In this document: positions 12,761 through 25,864 of the stretch, one piece after another | How the letters are laid out: each line of letters begins with the position of its first letter | Numbering within the stretch: the first letter of the stretch is position 1 | Assembly: GCA_951406725.2 (NCBI GenBank) | Contig: OX597824.1 | Location: 60,450,001-60,514,000, forward strand | From: Octopus vulgaris | Taxonomy: Eukaryota | Length of the DNA stretch: 64,000 bases | Reading direction: 5' to 3' | Program-made: the position numbers and the translations under genes | Notes under the pieces: generated by a model | What the model was told of the DNA's origin: nothing | Seen by the model: only the letters and a program-made list of their open reading frames with translations | Database searches by the model: none

Positions 12761-13539
12761 AATAATGCAATCACTAAACAAATTTATATTTTTGTTCTCT
12801 GTGTACAAAAGTTTGAGAAAGAAAACACATAAATAAGTGAAGATTTTAATCTAAATTATGCCAGACTCTCATAAAAGTTAACCCTATAATATCTAAATTA
12901 TAGCATTGCCTTACCCTATGTGAGTTAACTATAATATCTAAAGTATGTCATAGCCCCATTAAAATGTATTCGTATTTAATGACAGTAAAATTCCAGTTTT
13001 AGTCTTTTTCTCTTCAGCCATTCTTTGTGTTGGGGTAAGTAAAGGTAAATGAGTCCAATGTGTTTTTTCATTGTGTGTGTGTTTTTCTTTAGTTTGACTA
13101 TGGATTCTAACTTAGAAATAGAGCCATGCCAAAACAAACCCTGCCAATGCTGGTGAAAGGCAAGAAGCACTTAGCCCACTCTAAATGTGGTTGGCATTAG
13201 GAAGAGCATCAGTCATAAAAACCATGTCAAAAGAGGTAGTGGAGCTTGGTGCAGTCCACTGGCTTGCTAACTTCTGTTGAACTGTCCAACTCATTGCCAG
13301 CATGGAAGGCAGTCCTTAAATGATGATGAAGATTAGTTGATTACATTGACCACAGTATTTAACTGGTACTATATTTTATTGCCCCTCCTCCCACCTCCCA
13401 AAAAGATGAAAAGCAAAGTTGATCTGTGGGATTTGTATTCAGAATCCAAAGTGCCAGGGTAAAATATCTCTAGGCATGTTTGATGCTCTAATGATTCTAC
13501 CAAACCCCTAGTGTAACACTGTGCAAATGATAAAACCAT

Positions 13540-13870
13540 CCCCTGACTGGCTCCTGTACCAGTGGCACATAAAGAGTACCATCTAAATGTGGCCAATGCC
13601 AGTACCTGCTGACTGGCGCCCGTACTGGTGGCATGTAAAAAGCACTGCCTGAACATGATCGATACTAGGCCCACTTGACTGGCTCTTGTGCTGGTGGCAC
13701 GTAAAAAGCACCCACTACACTCTTGGAGTGGTTGGCATTAGGAAGGGCATCCAGCTGTAGAAACATTGCCAGATCCAATTGGAGACTAGTGCAGCTGCTA
13801 GTTTGTCAGACTTCAGTCAAACCATCCAACCCATGCCAACATGGTAAAACAGACGTTAAATGATGATGAC
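13540..13870 (+). mobile_element. RTE 3'-UTR-derived element with tandem hairpin units (partial copy at about 13130-13330)
   Basis: gtggcacgtaaaaagcac units, gttggcattaggaagggcatccag core, (TGA)n tail. Confidence 0.7.
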
Positions 13871-14017
13871 ATGTGTGACCATTAAGAAGTTTGCTTCCCA
13901 ACCATGTAATCTTGGATTCAGTCTCACAGCATGGAATTTTGAGCAAATATCCTCTACTACAATGATTCCAAATCAACCAAACTCTTGAGAGAAGATCAGG
14001 AAGATGAAAGAAACCTG

Positions 14018-14064
<47 letters not shown>

Positions 14065-14067
<3 letters not shown>

Positions 14068-14460
14068 GGTGCAGTGAATAAATTGTCATCTAAATTACGC
14101 AAAAATGAAAATAACACTGACATCTCATTTTAACAGATATATTTGCCAAAATTACATAAAAATATCTTGAAATACTAAAGAGTAAATTTATTCAATAAAA
14201 TCGCCATTGGCTTCAACTACAGCCTCCTGATGACTTTGGAATCTCCTGCAACTCTTCTGGATGATCTCCTTGTTTAAGTTGGTGAATGCTGTTATAATCC
14301 TTGCCTTCAGTTCATCATTAGTGTTACAAGGAGTTTTGTTGGGCTCTCAATCAACTGCACCCCACACATAATCAAGAGGGTTGCAGTCTGGGGAGTTAGG
14401 TGGCCAGATGTTAGGGGTGATGTGGTCCCAGAAATTGTCTGACAGCCATGATTGGGAGTT
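14065..14460 (-). mobile_element. 3' fragment of the maT-type Tc1/mariner element
   Basis: TIR cagggtgcagtgaataaattgtcatc next to (TA)n. Reverse strand encodes WPPNSPDCNPLDYVW. Homologous to about 49435-49835. Confidence 0.85.
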
Positions 14461-15339
14461 CAGCACCCAAATAATAGGCTGAAACCTACAAGAGCAACAA
14501 ACAATAATGGTTTACTTTGTTAAGCTCTGTAATCTTTCATAATTTCAAAGAGAGAAAGTGTGAAATAAAGTGGATTAATTATTTACTATTGCTGTATATA
14601 TGCTCAAAGAGAGAAAGTGTGAAATAAAGTGGATTAATTATTTACTATTGCTGTATATATGCTTTAAAGTCTTATATGCTTTAAAGTAGAAGGAAAGGGG
14701 ATTCTAGTGAGATTTGAAACTAGAACTGTGAAAGAAGAAACTAAAGCATCTGGTAAGTGAAACTAAAATATTTAGGTAGGGGAATAACTTAGAAGGGTAA
14801 TGTACTAAATGTTGCTTGCAAACATACCTAGCTGTAATTGTTAGAGAGTTCAATACAAAGGGGAGATAATTTCAAGTGAAGACTTTAATTCCCAAAGTGC
14901 ATATGGTTAAGGGAAAGGTATATACATTTGCAAGGTGGACAACTATATATATATATATTTGTATAATTGTACCTTATTAGCATAGTTTAGTGTACTCAAG
15001 TTTGCTTTGATCAGTTCACAATGATTTTTATGGACAGAAAAAAAAGAAAAGAATTAGGAATAATTTTGGGCAGTGCTAATTTAAATAATTATAAAATAAA
15101 AATGTAGCATTGGGTGAATGACAAGAAGTTAAATAAATAAATGAAAGGGTGATGTACAAAATGATGTATGTAAAAAAAAAGAGAATTATTTATTCATTAA
15201 AAATCCCCTCTTAATAGAAGAAAGCCATTGTTAGTGACACTCAAAGTAAAGGGGAGATAATTTCAAAAAAATGAATTATTCTCTCAAAGTTAATTTACAT
15301 GTTTAAGAAGGAATGTTTAAAGAAGGTTTATAAGAAGGA

Positions 15340-15880
15340 GTAAGGCTGTATGCTCCACTGGATGTGTACATGTTCGACAGAGTGCTAGTGTATTGAGAGA
15401 GAATTTAGGCATAAGTGGAACTAGGCAACAGCTCCATAAAGAAGAGCCATTCTATCAAAGTAGATGGAACACGTGGAAGAGGGAAATCCAGGAAAACATG
15501 GACAAAGTACTGAAGGACGACCTTAGGATGCTGAACTTTTCAGACGTGATGACAAAGGACTGAGATACTAGGTGCCTTACTGTACTCAAGAATACCCATA
15601 CTCCACAACATAAGTGTTAAGGCCACTCCTCCTGGTGAAGGGGATTGATCTGCAAGTGTACTGTACTGGTGTCACATAAAAAACACTTGTGCTGCTGCCA
15701 CATGAAAGCAACCAGCACATTCTGTAAAGTGGCTGGCATTAGGAATGGCATCCAGCTGTGAAAACCATGCCTAATCAAACTGGAACCTGGTGCAGCTCTC
15801 CAGCTTGTCACTTCTGGTCAAACCATCCAATCCATGCCAGCACGGACAATGGATATTAAATGATGATGATGATGATGAAG
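15340..15880 (+). mobile_element. Decayed RTE LINE 3' end with 3' UTR
   Basis: GTRGRGKSRKTW remnant, then the ggaatggcatccag core and (TGA)n tail, as in 43300-44100. Confidence 0.65.
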
Positions 15881-16653
15881 AAGGAAGTTTGATCATTGTT
15901 AGCAGGTAAGGATTGGGGAGGGGGGCACCATGGCTGATATGTTTCTATCTATTAGACATCATCCGTTTGGCCATCTTCAGCATCCCCAACAACAACAACA
16001 ACAACAACAATAATTAATTTTCTATGTTTGTAAGGACTATATCAATGTCCCAAATCTGTTGGCAATAGGTGTTGTTAATTGTATAGATCACAGTATATAA
16101 CAGGCACTTATTTCAGTGACTCTGAACACACAAAAGCTAAGCTGGTCCAGAAAGATTTAGAATTGGAATTGAGAGGGAAGGAAGAAACTAAATATTGTAT
16201 ATGTAATCCAGTTTTCTGCTATTTCTACTGATTCATCATCTAATCAACAACAACAACAACTACTGCTGCTGCTACTACTACTACTGCTGCTGCTACTACT
16301 ACTACTACTACTACTAATTTTAATAATAATAATAATAATAATGCCCATCCAGTCATTACTCACAAGAGAGTATGTCCTGGTACTAATGTACTGCCATGCA
16401 TTTTCTAATTATTTTAGGTGCTCATGTAATTGCTAGCACACTGACATTCTTGGATCTCCTACCCTCAGTTCAATAGATACTGAAGATTTTGCAACAGGAT
16501 GGGGAGAAAGTATGCTGGATCAATGTGAAATAAAATGCCTTGTTCAAGGGCACACTGCCTAAACCAGGAATTGAACCACAACATGATTGTGAACCAAACG
16601 TTCTAACCACTCAGTCACTCATCTTCACACTACAATAATGACAACAAGCTTAC

Positions 16654-16774
16654 TTAGGAATACTTGGGTCACATATTTCTTGGTCTGGTCCGGCACAGTT
16701 GTTTCACTGCTGGAAATTGATTCCCCATTGTCTTCTATCTTTGGTTTCTTAAAGATTGGTAAGTTAATCTCCAT
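16654..16774 (-). CDS. CIPC: CIPC-like gene, first coding segment (MEINLPIFKKPKIEDNGESISSSETTVPDQTKKYVTQVFL); exon spans 16654-16814
   Basis: ttttacAG acceptor at 16815. ATG at 16774 has an in-frame TGA 9 nt upstream. 40 codons plus 1 nt, then A|GTAAGC donor, phase 1, matching the next exon. Confidence 0.72.
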
Positions 16775-17717
16775 ATTGGTTCATTTTGAGCTCCACATAC
16801 TACTGTAGCCACATCTGTAAAATGAAGGAATATGATAAATTCTTGAAGAAAAATTACCAGAAACATCTTTTTATTGTAAACAATATTCTCTGCATTATTT
16901 CCAGGTCAAATAAATGAAAATACACAGAATTTCATATATAAAGCAAATACACAGTAATAGTTAGTAGTATGAGTAGCCATGAATTAATTTCTTTCAAATG
17001 TTCAGAGAATTGTGTAGAAGTTTTTGATAGCTTTCAGTATCAGTTGATAAAAATAGTACTAGTGGGGAGTTCTGTGAAAGTATACTTAGAGTAAGAAAAG
17101 AATCGTGGAGTTTAAGCAGTTATTATCTCTGCTGGTAACAACAAAGTTTTCTCACCATGTGAAGGATACAATGCATGATGCTTATGTTGGGAATGCAGCA
17201 TTTAGATGCAGAGATGCAGGGGATGAATGAAGATCAGCAAGAAATGAGATGAGAATGCTTTGCAGGATGTGAAATGTTTAGTGTGCAGGCATGTTAGTGT
17301 AGTTAAGAAGTTTGCTTCCCAATCACATGATTTCAGGTTCAGTCTCACTAAATGGTACCTTGGGCAAGTGTCTTCTAATATAACCCTGGGCCAACCAAAG
17401 CCTTGTGAGTGGATTTTGTAGATGAAAACTGAAAGAAGCCAGTTGTATATACATACTTATATGCTCAAATGTAATTTTTTCCCCACGTAAATTGCACTTC
17501 ATTGAAGCTATAAAGTGCTATTCTGGTACTCAGCTACGAGTCCACTGCATCTCATAGAAACAACTATAAGCAAATGAAGTTCATGACATAATCGTTTTTT
17601 TCCTTTTGTCATCTCATTTTCTTAATACCCATTCTAAACTCGTCTAACACTTCATTCTGAAGCATATGTATATTGAGTTCTACACCAGGTTATTAGTCTC
17701 ACAATGCCTAAGCAATA

Positions 17718-18582
17718 TCTACAACATATGTGGAAAATTCTGTCTGTGGGTGTGTTTGTTTGTGGAGTTGTTATCTAACTCCTCCTACATCATTTTATTG
17801 ATTTTGATGAAACTTGACACGTGAGTAGAACCCACGTCTGGAAAACTAGTGACATACTTGAAAAAAATCGATATAAGAATCCCTTCAAGGGATTCTTATA
17901 TCTACTACATATAACTAATATATTATTTTTAAACATCCAAGGGAAATAACCCATTCATCTTCGTAAATTATTTGGTATAAATCAAACTGAGAATGCTTAT
18001 TTCTTAGTATTTGAACTATTTCACACTGTATCCAGTACAATGCTTAAACAAGTAAATAGTATTTTCCTAAACAATAGACCCACTTATTTCGGTTAGTGAC
18101 TTATTCACGAATATACCAACACTAGTGTCGCTGAGGGTAATATCCTCTGCAAATGCACAAAAGCTTTTTTCAGAGCTATTTACTTTGAATTGTTATTATC
18201 TCATATCTGATTAGCCTGTTATTATGTAAGATGCTTCACGATTTTACTATACATACCTTATTAGTATTTCCTCCTAAGTTCTATATACTCTGGGAATGTA
18301 TTAAAGCCCTTTTCGGGGCTACTTTATTTGAATTCTTACTATTGGGCAATTAATTTTATGTTATTACACAGCTGATTTGACAATTTGGGTATTCATAACT
18401 TATTGGGAATTCGTAAAAATAAGATCCTGTGTAAGACAGTTCGGTATTCTCTGTAAATGTACAAAAACCGTTTTAAGGGCAACATACTTTGTAATGTTGT
18501 TACTGGATTAGTGAAACAATTATGAGAATGGAACTAAGGGATAAGCCCTGCTTTCCCAGCAATTACTGGGTACGTCAGCTAG
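17718..18582 (+). mobile_element. Non-autonomous Helitron (same ends as 5656-6723, different interior)
   Basis: A|TC start, about 240 bp shared 5' region, hairpin cccagcaattactggg at 18555-18570, CTAG|T end. Confidence 0.78.
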
Positions 18583-18620
18583 TATATATATATATATAGC
18601 TATAGGTGTATACATATATA

Positions 18621-18662
<42 letters not shown>

Positions 18663-18681
18663 ATATATATATATAATTATA

Positions 18682-19582
18682 TCCTCCTTCCTCCTTCAGC
18701 ATCTGTCCGTCTCGAGAGACGATGGTGTAGCTCGGAAAAGGTGGTGGGTTTATCTGCACTTCCTGGTGTGGCTGTGCAGACCAATCATCGAGTGGCAGTC
18801 TCTACCACATCTGGTGCAAGTGAAAGGGGATGAGAGCTGTGGTTGCTGCTGCTGCTCCTTTTGCCTGGTTCTCTTTAGTTTGGCAGTAGTGGTCCTCAGG
18901 TTCTCTGCTGTTATGACTTCATGCTTGACACTGTGTCGCCAGGGACTTCTGTTGGCAGGAGTGGATTCCCATGTTTGAGTGTTGATCTGGCATAGCTTTA
19001 AGTCCTTCTTCCAGATATCCTTGAAGTGCAGTTTGGGGTGTCCCATTGTTCTGGAGCCTTCCGCTAGCTGTCCGTACAGTAGGTCCTTTGGAATCTGTCT
19101 TGCATCCATTCAGCTGACATGACCAAGCCACTGAAGACACCTCTCACAGAGTGATGTTTGCATGCTGTACATGTTGGCACAGTCCAAAACCTCTGTGTTA
19201 GTGATCCTGTCCTGCCATTTGATATGGAGAATGTGCCAGCTTTTGTGTGTGATGCCAGTGCTGTGTCATCTGCGAAGAGCATCTCTCGAATGAGTACCTT
19301 AGCGACTTTGTTTTAGGCTCGTAGACGGGCAATGTTGAAACGCTTGCCGTCGCACCTGGTGTGGATGTAGACTCCCTCCTTGCTGGTCTTAAAATCAAAC
19401 TGTAGGAGCAGCGAGAAGAATATTGGGAAGTGTGTTGGTGCGAGAACACAACCTTCTTTCACTCCGCTGCTGACTGGGAAGGCTTCCGATGTTGTGCCGT
19501 TATAGCAGACAGTGCTGTGCATGTTGTCGTGGAATGAGGTTATCACTTTGAGCAGGTGCTGTGGGCATCCTATCTTCTGTAG
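18682..19582 (-). mobile_element. RTE (BovB-like) LINE fragment with internal deletions
   Basis: SSGVKEGCVLAPT.F, MLFADDTAL, M...RQIPKDLLYGQL..G.R..GHPKL.FKD and C-terminal zinc finger CTRCGRDCHSMIGLHSHTRKC. Confidence 0.88.
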
Positions 19583-19809
19583 AAATGTAAAGAAGTGTGT
19601 AATTATATATATTTCAAGGATTTAACAGACACAAATGGAAAAATTTAACGAAAACATAAAAAATGGAAAATTTGACAAAACCATTCTGTTTGTTGTTTTT
19701 TTTATCAAATTTTCTGTTTGTTATGTTTTCATTAAATTTTTCTTTTCATAATGTTAAACCCTTGAAATATTATTTATGAAATACAATGCACTCCTTATAT
19801 TTTTTTTTA

Positions 19810-19854
<45 letters not shown>

Positions 19855-19864
19855 AAATCAAAAT

Positions 19865-20228
19865 CAAAAATCAAAATCGATCAACATCAATGGAAATTGT
19901 AGCTGTGATACCAGTGCCGGTGGCACGTAAAAAGCACCATCCGATCGTGGCCATTGCCAGCCCTGCCTGGCCTCCGTGCCGGTGGCACATAAAAAGCACC
20001 ATCCGCTCGTGGCCGTTTGCCAGCCTCATCTGGCACCTGTGCCGGTGGCACGTAAAAAGTACCCACTACACTCATGGAGTGGTTGGTGTTAGGAAGGGCA
20101 TCCAGCCGTAGAAACATTGCCAGATCAGACTGGGCCTGGTGCAGCCTTCTGGCTTCCCAGACCCCAGTTGCACTGTCCAACCCATGCCAGCATGGAAAGC
20201 AGATGCTAAACGATGATGATGATGATGA
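19865..20228 (+). mobile_element. Young RTE 3'-UTR-derived element with about 62-bp tandem hairpin units
   Basis: Three gtgccggtggcac(g/a)taaaaag(c/t)acc motifs about 62 bp apart, conserved core, (GAT)n tail, CpGs intact. Confidence 0.75.
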
Positions 20229-21907
20229 TATATATATATGTATGTGAGTGTGTTATATGCATGTATATATGTGTGTGTGTGTGTATGTGTGTCTGTGTAT
20301 GGGTCTCCTTGACTTGACATTATATAATAGTTGTAAATGAGCATCCCTATCATGCAAGTGATATTCTTCTTTTCCAATCTTCCATGAAAATATGTCCATC
20401 CACAGGGAAACATTATGTTACTTGGAAGCAGGTGAGGATTGGCGACAGGAAGGTTATCTGGTTGTAGAAAATCTGCTTCAGTGAATTCTGTCTGACCTAT
20501 GTGAGCATGTCAAAATGGACATTGAAATAATGATGATGAGTAATGAGAGAAATGATTAGAGAGAAAACCTCTGCAATATGAAAGGAATTAGATGTAGTAT
20601 AAAAGACAAAAGCCTGACATGGTATGATCATGAGATGTATAGAAGGGATGACTGTTGGGCAAAGAAATGTCAGAAGATGCAAATGAAGGTGAACAGAGCC
20701 TGAGGTAGAGGAATACTAAGAAAGGAATGAGAATAAATGGTCGAAGGTTGGTTTCAAGAGGTTGAGACTGAAGAATAAGATGCCAAAGGACTTCAACAAA
20801 TGATGAAATGCTGTGGTGGAGATCAGCCCAAAGCATGCAGGTATCAGAAACTGCACATAAAATGATGGCAATAATGATGATGATGATAATGATGATGACG
20901 ATGACAACAACAATGATGATGATGATGATGACAATGATGATGATGAGAATGATGACAACAATGACTCTGATAGCTTGACATGTCTCGCCAAGCAGAACAA
21001 ATCACCATAAGTCTTGGCCATAAACATTTCTGATAATATTGGAAACTAATATTTGAAGAGGAAAGGAAGTGAGCTGGCAAAATTGTCAGAACATCAGAAA
21101 TGATCTCTGCAAAATTGTTTACAGCTCTTTACTTTCTGGTATCAAATTCCACTGTGGTCAATTTTACCTTTCATCCCCATAGATTTGAAAGCATTATATG
21201 AAGAGGAATGTGCTGCTCTCTTGTAAGTTTACTCAAAAAGCAGGAATATGTGGTCAGAATGAGCTGCACAAAGGGATCCACTCTCAGCCTGTGCCTGTAG
21301 GTCAAATAGCACAGCTGGAGAAAGGGCACTGCTGCTGCCATTACTATTGCAACCACCATCACCATCACCAATTTGTCCTTTAAATGTCCATCTCCAAATC
21401 TGTTTCTCTTGTGATAAATAAAGATAGTGATAATAGCAGCAACAATAACAGAGACAACATTTGATTGGAGTCAAGCTGTGTTAAAGCTAACACAAACAGA
21501 ACAAATTAATTTTTAACACTTAACACAGTTCCAAGAAAAAAAAAACGTAGTTGAGAGAATTTTGGAAGACTAAACAGTGTTTGTTTGCCAATGGGTTTAA
21601 CTCAAAAGAGAGCAAAGAAAAAATAATATTTGTGCTTAAGAAAAGATGGTACTTGACAGAATCTACCTCCCAAAACAAAAATTGCAACAAGCACTGTGGG
21701 ACATCTCAGAAGAAATTTTCTCAATTGAGAAAGGAAGAAAAGTTATGGCACTATCTGCTATATGTGTATTTTCAAAAGTGAAGACTCAGCCACAATACAG
21801 GCTGAAATTGATACACATACCTTCACCTATCTATTTATTTCTCAGTTCATGATATGAAGAAATGATATAGATGTGTGTCTGGTCTTCCCATATGGGAGAG
21901 TGGTTAG

Positions 21908-22122
21908 GCCGGCGAGTTGGCAGAATTGTTGGCATACTGGGCAAAATGCTTAGCAGCATTTTGTCCATCTTTATGTTCTGAGTTCAAATTCTGCTGAGAT
22001 TGACTTTGTCTTTCATTCTTTTGGAGTGGATAAAATAAATATCAATTGAGCTCTGAGGTTGATGTCATCGACTTAGCCCCTCCCACCAAACTTGCTGGCC
22101 TTGTGTCAAAATTTGAAACCAA
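21908..22122 (+). mobile_element. SINE family B, full copy (second copy at 22777-22977)
   Basis: ggcgagttggcaga A-box, gagttcaaattc B-box, shared body ending ccttgtgtcaaaatttgaaacc. Confidence 0.8.
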
Positions 22123-23747
22123 TATGGGTGAGTGGTTAAAGCAGAGCTAACTAGAAATAACATCATGAGGCCAGGGTGTGTTGGAATGGGTTTGTTGGTC
22201 CTGATGACCTCTGAAGACCACAAAGCCTTATTAGAACTGTGCCCAGTTGAGGGCACCAGGACAAAGGGCATGAAATTGACAACACAAGGGTAAAAAGCCT
22301 AATTACTGCATTTGTTGAAATATGAACCACCCTAAAGCTTCTTGTCTTGAACAACTAGAGTGACCAGGCTAGAAAATGGGAAAGGAAAACCATGGAAACC
22401 AGCTGAGACACCAACAGAAGTAACAAAAACCTGTTTCCAGAGCAAATTTAGAAACAAGTGAGCAAATAACATGTCCCTTAACTGTGGTAACCAGTGGCAC
22501 TCCATCAGTGTGTGATGATGAAGAAATAATGGTTGCTGAGGAAAGCATACAAATTGTTGAATAAAATGCAAAATCTAAAAAAAAAATAATCAAAGAATAA
22601 AAGAAAAAAAATTTCAAAAAACTAAAAGGTCAACATGAAACAAACAAAAAGGCAAAGAGAAATAATTTTTTACAAAACAACAATGATGTCCACCTTAAAA
22701 AAATAATGAAGGTGAAGAAAAAGGACAAAGAGCTGAGTTTCACCATTCTTCAAATATCAAACTATCAATTTATAAGATGGTGAGCTAGAAGAATCGCGAG
22801 CACTCCAGGCAATTTTGCTTGTCTTTCTGTTCTGAGTTTAAATTCTGTTGATGTTGACTTTACCTTTCATCCCTTTTGGGGTTGATAAAATAAGTATCAG
22901 TTGAAGACAGGGATTGATGTAATCGACTTACTCCACACACCTGAAATTACTGGCTTAGTGCCAAAATTTGTAACCATTATTTTATGAGAAATATGGTCAC
23001 ATAACAAACATTCCTGGATTACTTTCAGGCCTAAGGTTGTGGTCAACTTCTGAAAATGTTTTTGGTCTGGCACAGCTACATGATGAGAGGTCAGATTGTG
23101 GGGTAAGTCCATTGCCTTTCTCAAGCACTCTTTTCTTCTTTGTCTGCTGGTTATACCAAAAGAACAACATGATGGATGGGGCCTAAAAGGTCAGGTCTTT
23201 TATCAACTGTTCAATATAATAAGTGTGTGCCACTATGGAATTGCACGGTTTACCAGAGATAGTAACCAAGTCAGACTTTACTGCCTTAAAAAATGAGCAT
23301 CTACTTTTTACATTGCAATATGGGGTTACATGAATATATCATTGAGGTGTTGTTCTACAACCAGATGCTCTTCCTGTCACTAAACCTTACCTGTTTCTTA
23401 AGTAAGAGATCTCTTTTTTCACGTCTTTGAAGGAGCACAGTGAGTGAATGATTTATTGAGACAAGTGACAGCAAGAACAATGTAGTGTAGCTGGCTGCAA
23501 GTACCTCAGAAAAAGAACACAGTATGTATATGTATATATATATATATATACTCTTTTACTTGTTTCAGTCATTTGACTGTGACCATGCTGGAGCACTGCC
23601 TTTAGTCGAGCAAATTGACCCCAGGATTTATTCTATCGGTGTCTTTTGATAAACCACTAAGTTATGAGGATGTAAACACATCAGCATCGGTTGTCAAGCG
23701 ATGTTGGGGGGACAAACACCGACACAAACATATACACACACATACAT

Positions 23748-25420
23748 ATCATCATCATCGTTTAATGTCTGCTTTCTATGCTAGCATGGGTTGGACGGTT
23801 TGACTGAGGATTGGCGAACCAGATGGCTGCACCAGGCTCCAATCTGATCTGGAAGAATTTCTACAGCTGAATGCCCTTTCTAACACCAACCACTCTGAGA
23901 GTGTAGTGAGTGCTTTTACGTGCCACTCAGGTGGTACTGGCAACAGCCACGCTCAAATGGTGTTTTTTACATGCCACCTGCACAGGAGCCAGTCCAGTGG
24001 CACTGGCAATGACCTCGCTCGAATGATTTTTCACGTGCCAGTAAGGCGACGCTGGTAATGACCACACTCGATTGGTCCTTTTTATGTGCCCCTAGCATGG
24101 AAGCCAGTTAGCTGCTCTGGCAACGATCACACTCGGATGGTGCTCTTAGCGCTCCACTAGCACGGATGCCAGTCATCGAATTTGATTTCAATTTCACTTG
24201 CCTCAATAGGTCTTCGCAAGCAGAGTTTAGTGTCCAATGAAGGAAAGGTACGCATAAGTGGGCTGGTTACACCCCTGGCATAGGCCACAAGGTTATGGTC
24301 TCACTTGGCTTGCTGTGTCTTCTCAAGCACAGCATTATTTCCAAAGGTCTCAGTCACTAATCATTGCTTTGGTAAGGCCCAATGTTCGAAGGTCATGCTT
24401 CACCACTTCATCCCAGGTTTTCCTGAGTCTACCTCTTCCACAGGTTCCCTCAACCGCTAGGGTGGGGCACTTTTTCACACAGTTACCCTCATCCATTCTC
24501 ATCACATGACCATACCAGCACAGTCATCTCTCTTGCACACCACATCTAATGCTTCTTAGGTCCAACTTTTCTCTCAAGGTACTTACACTCTGTCGAGTAT
24601 GCACACTGACATTACACATCCATCAGATCATACTGGCTTCATTCCTTGTGAGCTTATGCATGTTCTCAGCAGTCACGGCCCATGTTTCACTGCCATATAG
24701 CATGGCTGTTTATACACATGCGTCATACAGTCTACCTTTTACTCTGAGCAAGAGGCCCTTTGTCACCAACAGAGGTAAGAGCTCTCTGAACTTTGCCCAG
24801 GCTATTCTTATTCTAGCAGCTACACTTTCAGTGTACCCTCCCTTGCTACTGACTGGTCACCTAGGTAACGGAAGCTAACAACTACTGCTAGTTTTCCTCC
24901 TTGGAATATGGCGGAAGTTGTTTTCTGCACATTTTCAGTGTTTATTGCTCCTGAGCATCTGCCACATACAAAAACTATCTTCCTATTTAGCCTTCCTTTG
25001 ATATTGCTGCACCTCTTATGTGTCCATAGCTTACACTGGGTACATCTTTTAGAGTTTCTACCTATGCCTTTTCTAAAGATCGAGCAGGGCCATCTACCTG
25101 AAGAGATTTGTGGTTTGCCTGCCTTCCTACTTATTAGAACTTTGGTTTAGCTAGGTTGACTTTAAGGCCCTTTGATTCTAATCCTTGTTTCCACACCTGA
25201 AACTTCTCCTCTAGTTCTGATAGTGACTCAGCAATTAGAGCAAGGTCATCAACATAGAGGAGCTCCCAGGGGCATCCTGTCTTGAATTCCTCTATTATTG
25301 CCTGGAGGACTGTGATAAATAGGAGGGGGCTGAGGACTGAACCTTGGTGGACCCCTACCTCTACCCGGAATTCTTCACTGTACTCATTGCCAACCCTCAC
25401 CTTACTGACAGCATCCCTGT
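23748..25420 (-). mobile_element. 5'-truncated RTE-clade LINE with repeat-array 3' UTR
   Basis: VGVHQGSVLSPLLF..CPWELLYVDDLALIAES..KGLKVNLAK. Homologous to 42110-44100. (GAT)n tail near 23748. Confidence 0.88.
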
Positions 25421-25864
25421 ATATACAACAGGCTTCTTTCAGTTTCCACCAACCAAATCCACACACAAGGCTTTGGTTGGCCTGAGGCTATAATAGAAGA
25501 CACTTGGCCAAGGTGCCAAGCAGTGGGACTGAACCTGGAACCATGTGGTTCGTAAGCAAGCTACTTACCATGAGTTCTGTAAAGTTCAATGATGCAGGCT
25601 GTAACACATTGAACATTGCAATATGTATAAGGACGATTTCTAATTTAGGCCCTAAGTCAGCAATTGTGAGAGGAAGGGCTTAGTCAATACCATTGATCCC
25701 CACTACTACTTGACTGGTACTTATTTCATAACCCTTTTACAATGGAAATCAGACATAGCCATTCAAAATTTCATTACCTTTAACTGCAGAAAGTAGTTTT
25801 ATATACCAATCTAGGTTTTGGGAAATGTCATGTTTGAAGCTACATTTAGTGATATTCTGGTCTT

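Noticed and set aside
19911-20075. CRISPR-like array of palindromic repeats with spacers
   Set aside because: The linkers are homologous to each other, the array belongs to a dispersed retroelement 3' UTR, and there are no cas genes in this eukaryotic context.
22160-22735. Possible gene fragment with Lys-rich tail
   Set aside because: Broken frames and no splice structure. Perhaps a decayed LINE ORF1, but I cannot support a call.
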